A stretch of DNA of 64,000 bases. Origin: Leptospira sp. (lineage in GTDB: Bacteria > Spirochaetota > Leptospiria > Leptospirales > Leptospiraceae). The position numbers and the translations under genes are program-made. Below are positions 59,484-64,000 of the stretch, one piece after another. Where the stretch lies: assembly GCA_034439575.1 (NCBI GenBank), contig JAWXAQ010000035.1, positions 96,001 through 160,000 of the forward strand, given 5' to 3'. Below the pieces are notes generated by a model. The model had not been told where the DNA came from and searched no databases. It saw only the letters and a program-made list of their open reading frames with translations. Each line of letters opens with the position of its first letter. Position 1 is the first letter of the stretch.

Positions 59484-60740
59484 ATGTTTCAATTCTTGCA
59501 TTTTCGATTAATTTTTTATTTCTGCATATTCACCCTAGGAACGGGAATCCTTTGGGCGCAATATTTGCCAAATGAAACGGATAAAAAAGATCCAATGCCT
59601 CTTCCAACGGTAACCAAATCAAATTTTGAAACAGGTCTCGGTAAAGGAATTCAAGCTACTTCCAATGATGAAAAACATAGAATTCAAATCCGTTTTCGGA
59701 CGCAACCGCGCGCTACTCAATCTTTCAATTTTGATGAATCGAATGACACAAACAATTTCTTAATTAGACGGACTAGGATTGCCGTAAAGGGGGGGCTTTA
59801 CAATGATGAATGGTTGTTCAATTTGCAATTTGGATTTGCAGATAGTGATTTGGAGAACGATAGTAGAAATAACCTACGTGATGCGAATGTCACTTACAAT
59901 AAGAATAGAGATTTAAAATTTTCTTTTGGACAAATGAAAATTCCTTTTAGTAGACAAAGATGGAATTCTTCCTCCGCCTTACAGATGGTCGATCGTTCTT
60001 CCATTTCAGCTGAATTAAATCTGGATCGTGATGTTGGTGCCATGTTTTATTCCGAAGATCTCTTTGGCCAAAAAAGAAAATTTGCTTATTATATTGGCGT
60101 GTTTGGTGGGAACGGAAGAAATCGAATAGATGTGAAAATGCCTGGCGTTCTCACAGTTGGTAGAATTATTTATTCCCCCTTTGGCGGAATGTCAAAAACT
60201 GGTTCCGACAATGATTGGTTAAGCGAATCTGATTTAAATCGATACCAAGAACCAAAGATATCCTTCGGATTTTCTGGAGCCTATAACAAAAATTCAAATC
60301 GTGCTCTAAGCACACATGGAGCACTTTATGATTTTGCAAGATTTGATTATTCACATGCAACTGCAGATATATACTTTAAATGGATGGGATTTTCCTTACA
60401 AACGGAAGCACTTTGGAGAAAAGCAAACTCTGGTTATATGGAAAGAGAAGTCAGCGGCACTTACAAACGTGAGTATTCCAGGAGCGGGCAAGGTTATTTT
60501 GTACAAATAGGGTATTTGTTTTCGAATAATTATGAACTGATAACTAGATTTGGTGAATTCAAACCACTCGGTGAAACTGATCCGAACCTTATTTATTCCA
60601 GAGAGGTTGGCGGAGGATTATCTTATTATTTCGCAGAACATAATTTAAAATGGCAAATTGATTATTTTCGTTATACGGGCATACCGCAAGGTCTTGATGG
60701 CGATCATGTTGTCAGAACACAAATGCAGGTGTTTTATTAA
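59484..60740 (+). CDS. OprO/OprP-like outer membrane porin
   Basis: Signal peptide; FLIRRTRI, LRDA, GQMKIPFSRQ, DRS, RDVG; terminal aromatic beta strand QMQVFY. Confidence 0.8.
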   Translation: MFQFLHFRLIFYFCIFTLGTGILWAQYLPNETDKKDPMPLPTVTKSNFETGLGKGIQATSNDEKHRIQIRFRTQPRATQSFNFDESNDTNNFLIRRTRIAVKGGLYNDEWLFNLQFGFADSDLENDSRNNLRDANVTYNKNRDLKFSFGQMKIPFSRQRWNSSSALQMVDRSSISAELNLDRDVGAMFYSEDLFGQKRKFAYYIGVFGGNGRNRIDVKMPGVLTVGRIIYSPFGGMSKTGSDNDWLSESDLNRYQEPKISFGFSGAYNKNSNRALSTHGALYDFARFDYSHATADIYFKWMGFSLQTEALWRKANSGYMEREVSGTYKREYSRSGQGYFVQIGYLFSNNYELITRFGEFKPLGETDPNLIYSREVGGGLSYYFAEHNLKWQIDYFRYTGIPQGLDGDHVVRTQMQVFY

Positions 60741-60741
60741 A

Positions 60742-61296
60742 ATGAAAAATATATCAATCAACCAACACAATTATTTCTATAAAAAATCTATATTTTTTCT
60801 TCTGGTAATGTTTTCATTTTCTTACTCTTGCCATGCGGATCGTCAAAAAAGCATAGATAAGAAGAAAGAAATTTGTCTAAACCAAGCAATGATTGCGTAT
60901 CAAGCTGTAAACCAAAGTACGATTACAGGCACTCTTACATTACAATACACTTGTTCGGCGACTTCCGGTTATTCACCATCTTGTTATGAATATTATGCAA
61001 CGAATAAAAAAGATGATTTTTGTCCTATTGGATATTCAAAATCCACTGCTAAATGTTCCAATCAAAATCTAATTGGCATTTGTAGATACGTTCCTCTTAA
61101 TACAATCGGGCAATCTGTGACCGTTGTTTTCACAAAACCTAGTGATACTTTGGACCAAGGAAGATCATTTTGTTATTCCGCAGACATAAATGGATCCTTC
61201 ACTGAATCTTATTTAGCTCCAAATGCTTCTGTTACTAGTGTTGACCAAACAATATTAAACTTTTTTGTTTGTGAAAACAAAGCTGAAAAAAATTGA
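60742..61296 (+). CDS. Cys-rich lipoprotein
   Basis: Starts 1 nt after porin stop; lipobox SYSC plus eight further Cys. Confidence 0.7.
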   Translation: MKNISINQHNYFYKKSIFFLLVMFSFSYSCHADRQKSIDKKKEICLNQAMIAYQAVNQSTITGTLTLQYTCSATSGYSPSCYEYYATNKKDDFCPIGYSKSTAKCSNQNLIGICRYVPLNTIGQSVTVVFTKPSDTLDQGRSFCYSADINGSFTESYLAPNASVTSVDQTILNFFVCENKAEKN

Positions 61297-61299
61297 ATA

Positions 61300-61338
61300 T
61301 TTGTTGAATTAATCATTAAAAATTTTTAATCCAACAAA
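61300..61338. terminator. Possible bidirectional terminator hairpin between convergent genes
   Basis: TTTGTTGAATTAA...TTAATCCAACAAA, 13-bp arms with one mismatch; AT-rich so weak. Confidence 0.35.
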
Positions 61339-61345
61339 CTCTATC

Positions 61346-62656
61346 TTATAAAGAAAAAATATCTTCTATCACCTTAGCTGATTTAGGTGAGATAGGAAAA
61401 GGTCTACCAAATGAATTCATAAGGTGGGCATCATTGTCAATTCCGGAAGCATTTTGAATCGTAGCGATTATATCTCTCATATGATATGCATTTGTTCCTT
61501 TTTTGGGTCTTTCGCCTTTTTCATCCGATTCACCAATTACAAAGCCTTTTCCGAAAGGACCACCACCTAATAATGATGTCCAAACTCTAGCATGATGATC
61601 CCGACCATCCCGAGTTCCAACATCTGGTGTTCTGCCAAATTCGGAACTTAAGAAAAATACAGTTTGTTTCAATAATCCAGTTTCAGCTAAATCTTCAATC
61701 AAAGCGGCAATGCCTTGGTCTGTATCATTCATAATTTTTGTTATTTGCGCTTTATTGTTGTTATGTGTGTCCCAACCGCCAATGGAAATTTGTATGAATG
61801 GAACTTCTTTTTCCGCAAGTCTCTTTGCCATTAAACATGATTTCCCCTGCCAAGTTTTTCCATACTTATTCTTAGTTTCTTCTGATTCTTTATTTATATC
61901 AAAACTGACTAAGTCTGTGGAATTACGAAACTCTTCTGCGGCTTGCACCATTTTTGTCCAAAGTTTTAATTGAGGGGATTGGTTTCTTGCTCCAAATTCT
62001 TCATTCATCATTGCTAATATATCTTTTCTACGAACAAGTCTTTCCTCTTTAAATTTACCATAAGATGGTAACAAATGATTGATAGGATTGTCAAGGTTCC
62101 CTATATGAAATCCGGAATAGGGAACTCCCAAAAATCCAGAATTTCCAATTTTACCATTTCTCGCACCCATTGTCACATAACTAGGGAAGTACGATTTATT
62201 TTGATTTTTCTTTTTGGAATAGGCAAATACGGATCCAAAATGTGGAATATCTGGAAATCCCATTCCCTCTGGCATTCTATAACCAGTGTTCAATAAATAT
62301 TGGCCAAATCCATGATCTCCATCTTCACTCCAAGTACTTCGTATCAAACCAATATGTTTTAATTGTTTTGCTGTTTTTGCAAATGGCTCAAGCAAGCTAA
62401 CTCCCGATATACTGGAATCAACTTTAGAAAAAACACTATTCCCTTTTGGATCAAGGGTATCAACATGACTCATACCTCCATCCATATTAATAAATATTAT
62501 GGATTTTACTGGAGAAGAATGAGTGAATTTTTCTTCTTCATAATCGTCTTCAGCTGCCCCGAGATTTAGCGAGGGCAAAACAATACTTGCACCTAGAGCA
62601 GTCATACAACGGTTTAAAAATAATTTTCTATTTAGAGAATTGTTGTTAGTTGACAT
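61346..62656 (-). CDS. DUF1501 family protein with Tat-like signal
   Basis: LNRKLFL leader; GGMSHVDTLDPK, GGWDTH, SEFGRTP, GRDHH. Confidence 0.9.
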   Translation of the reverse strand: MSTNNNSLNRKLFLNRCMTALGASIVLPSLNLGAAEDDYEEEKFTHSSPVKSIIFINMDGGMSHVDTLDPKGNSVFSKVDSSISGVSLLEPFAKTAKQLKHIGLIRSTWSEDGDHGFGQYLLNTGYRMPEGMGFPDIPHFGSVFAYSKKKNQNKSYFPSYVTMGARNGKIGNSGFLGVPYSGFHIGNLDNPINHLLPSYGKFKEERLVRRKDILAMMNEEFGARNQSPQLKLWTKMVQAAEEFRNSTDLVSFDINKESEETKNKYGKTWQGKSCLMAKRLAEKEVPFIQISIGGWDTHNNNKAQITKIMNDTDQGIAALIEDLAETGLLKQTVFFLSSEFGRTPDVGTRDGRDHHARVWTSLLGGGPFGKGFVIGESDEKGERPKKGTNAYHMRDIIATIQNASGIDNDAHLMNSFGRPFPISPKSAKVIEDIFSL

Positions 62657-64000
62657 GTAAAAATTCCTGGCTATTTAAAATAGCCCAACATAAGTCTTGT
62701 AATATTTCCCGATCATAAACGCTGTCAGGTTTTATAAGTTTTTTTGCTAAATTTTCTGATTCTGATTTGTGCATATGCCTTCCAAGAAGGGTAAAATAAA
62801 TATGATCCATAGTTTTTAACATCGATTTGGATTCTTCAAATTTCTTTTTTGGAAAAGAATCATTCCCTCCAAAATCCCAAGTTAATTTTCCCGTGACACG
62901 ACCATTTAACAGAGTTAAAACTTGTTCGATGGTAATTTCAGAAAAATCGTCTGATATATCTGTCCTACTTCCAGAACCAAACACGGCTAGGAAAGTATGG
63001 TAAGGGGCAGGGTGTTCTAATTCCGATGCCGATGTAACTTCTTTTATTTGATCTTTAGGTCCTCGAATGTTACCTATACCAATCAGATCTATATTCTTTA
63101 AATTTCCTGATGCATCGATAGGAATCATTCTTCTTTCTCTCACTCCCGTCAAAGTAAGATTATTAGATGCCTTGATCAGAGAATTTAGAAGTTGATCAGG
63201 ATCTAATCTTTGTGAGGTGAAATATTTTTTTTCATCTATTGGATTTTTATCTTTTGGGCCAGGATAGGAGCGTGCATAGGCATTGGAGCTCACTATATAT
63301 AGTATCAAATCTTTGATTTTATAATTTTGTTTTACAAAAATTTGATCTAAATGATTTAAAATTTCTTCTCCTTGCAGTGCGGTATCTTCATTCCAATCAT
63401 CTAAAGGAGTAAAAAAACTCCAACCCATAAGATGTGTCCAAATTCGATTGATGATCACTTTACGAAACCTATCATTTTTTTGATTTGTCAGCCAATCTGC
63501 AAGTGCTTGGCGTCTATCATCGCCTATCTTTAGTTTTGCGTCTTTACCATCCAAGAATTTTGGTCTAACCAAATCCCCTCCTGGTGCATCATCAGAATGT
63601 GGAAATCGTAAACCTAATTTTGGTTCGTAATAGACTGTGGCATGCTCCAGTTCGTTTTTTTTCTGGTAGTCTTTTCTTTCGGTATCAGTCCATTGATTCC
63701 AATTTTCCTTGTGCCATTCCCCATTTTTAGCCTGTAAATTTTTTAAATCTGCTGTAGGTAAATGTTCTTCTATCTCCCTTGGAACATAAACTATATCAAT
63801 GCCTTTAAATCGATCCGGATCCCAGGATCCATCTCTAACATAAGTTTGACTAAAAAATGAAGCGAAAGCAAAATAATCACGCCTTGTGAAATTTGAAATG
63901 AATGGATGGTCATGGCATCTTGCACATCCTACCCGCTTAGCATAAAATAGGCGACCTGCATATTCCGCAACTTGCAATGGATCTCCCCCATCACGTAAAT
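62646..64000 (-). CDS. DUF1549/DUF1553 (PSCyt2/PSD1) planctomycete-type protein, 5' end outside window
   Basis: CARCHDHP, DYFAFASFF, RQALADWLT, NRIWTHLMG, DLCWAILNSQEF; frame open to window end. Confidence 0.88.
   Translation of the reverse strand, partial: LRDGGDPLQVAEYAGRLFYAKRVGCARCHDHPFISNFTRRDYFAFASFFSQTYVRDGSWDPDRFKGIDIVYVPREIEEHLPTADLKNLQAKNGEWHKENWNQWTDTERKDYQKKNELEHATVYYEPKLGLRFPHSDDAPGGDLVRPKFLDGKDAKLKIGDDRRQALADWLTNQKNDRFRKVIINRIWTHLMGWSFFTPLDDWNEDTALQGEEILNHLDQIFVKQNYKIKDLILYIVSSNAYARSYPGPKDKNPIDEKKYFTSQRLDPDQLLNSLIKASNNLTLTGVRERRMIPIDASGNLKNIDLIGIGNIRGPKDQIKEVTSASELEHPAPYHTFLAVFGSGSRTDISDDFSEITIEQVLTLLNGRVTGKLTWDFGGNDSFPKKKFEESKSMLKTMDHIYFTLLGRHMHKSESENLAKKLIKPDSVYDREILQDLCWAILNSQEFLHVN

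Noticed and set aside
60658..60741. Upstream start for the Cys-rich lipoprotein
   Set aside because: Overlaps the porin 3' end; ATG 60742 gives a more plausible signal peptide.

Overview
AT-rich, gene-dense bacterial chromosomal window. Gene content (spirochaete-type SurA/SPASM cluster, many spirochaetal lipoproteins, DUF1554 protein, flbD-motA-motB-fliL-kdsB) points to a Leptospira, probably a free-living one (inference). Most of it is housekeeping: ispE-tRNA-Gln-glmU(N)-prs-rplY-pth-ftsH, ligA, flagellar stator genes, lysC, pntA2/pntB, purF-queD-queC, rnd, gmd. I see no prophage, IS transposase, integrase, CRISPR array or rRNA. Most notable items: a Pth homologue with most catalytic residues replaced; a type I secretion triad whose ATPase has lost Walker A, signature, catalytic Glu and H-loop; a radical SAM/SPASM plus cytidylyltransferase-PseG-like cluster; a planctomycete-type DUF1549/1553 (CxxCH) plus Tat-exported DUF1501 module at the right edge; a GpsA-acyltransferase fusion; a half GlmU; a structured REP-like element beside Ig-repeat surface lipoproteins where pntA1 would be expected; and a CRP-STAS-adenylate cyclase module. 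All family calls come from motif recognition by eye; no searches were run.
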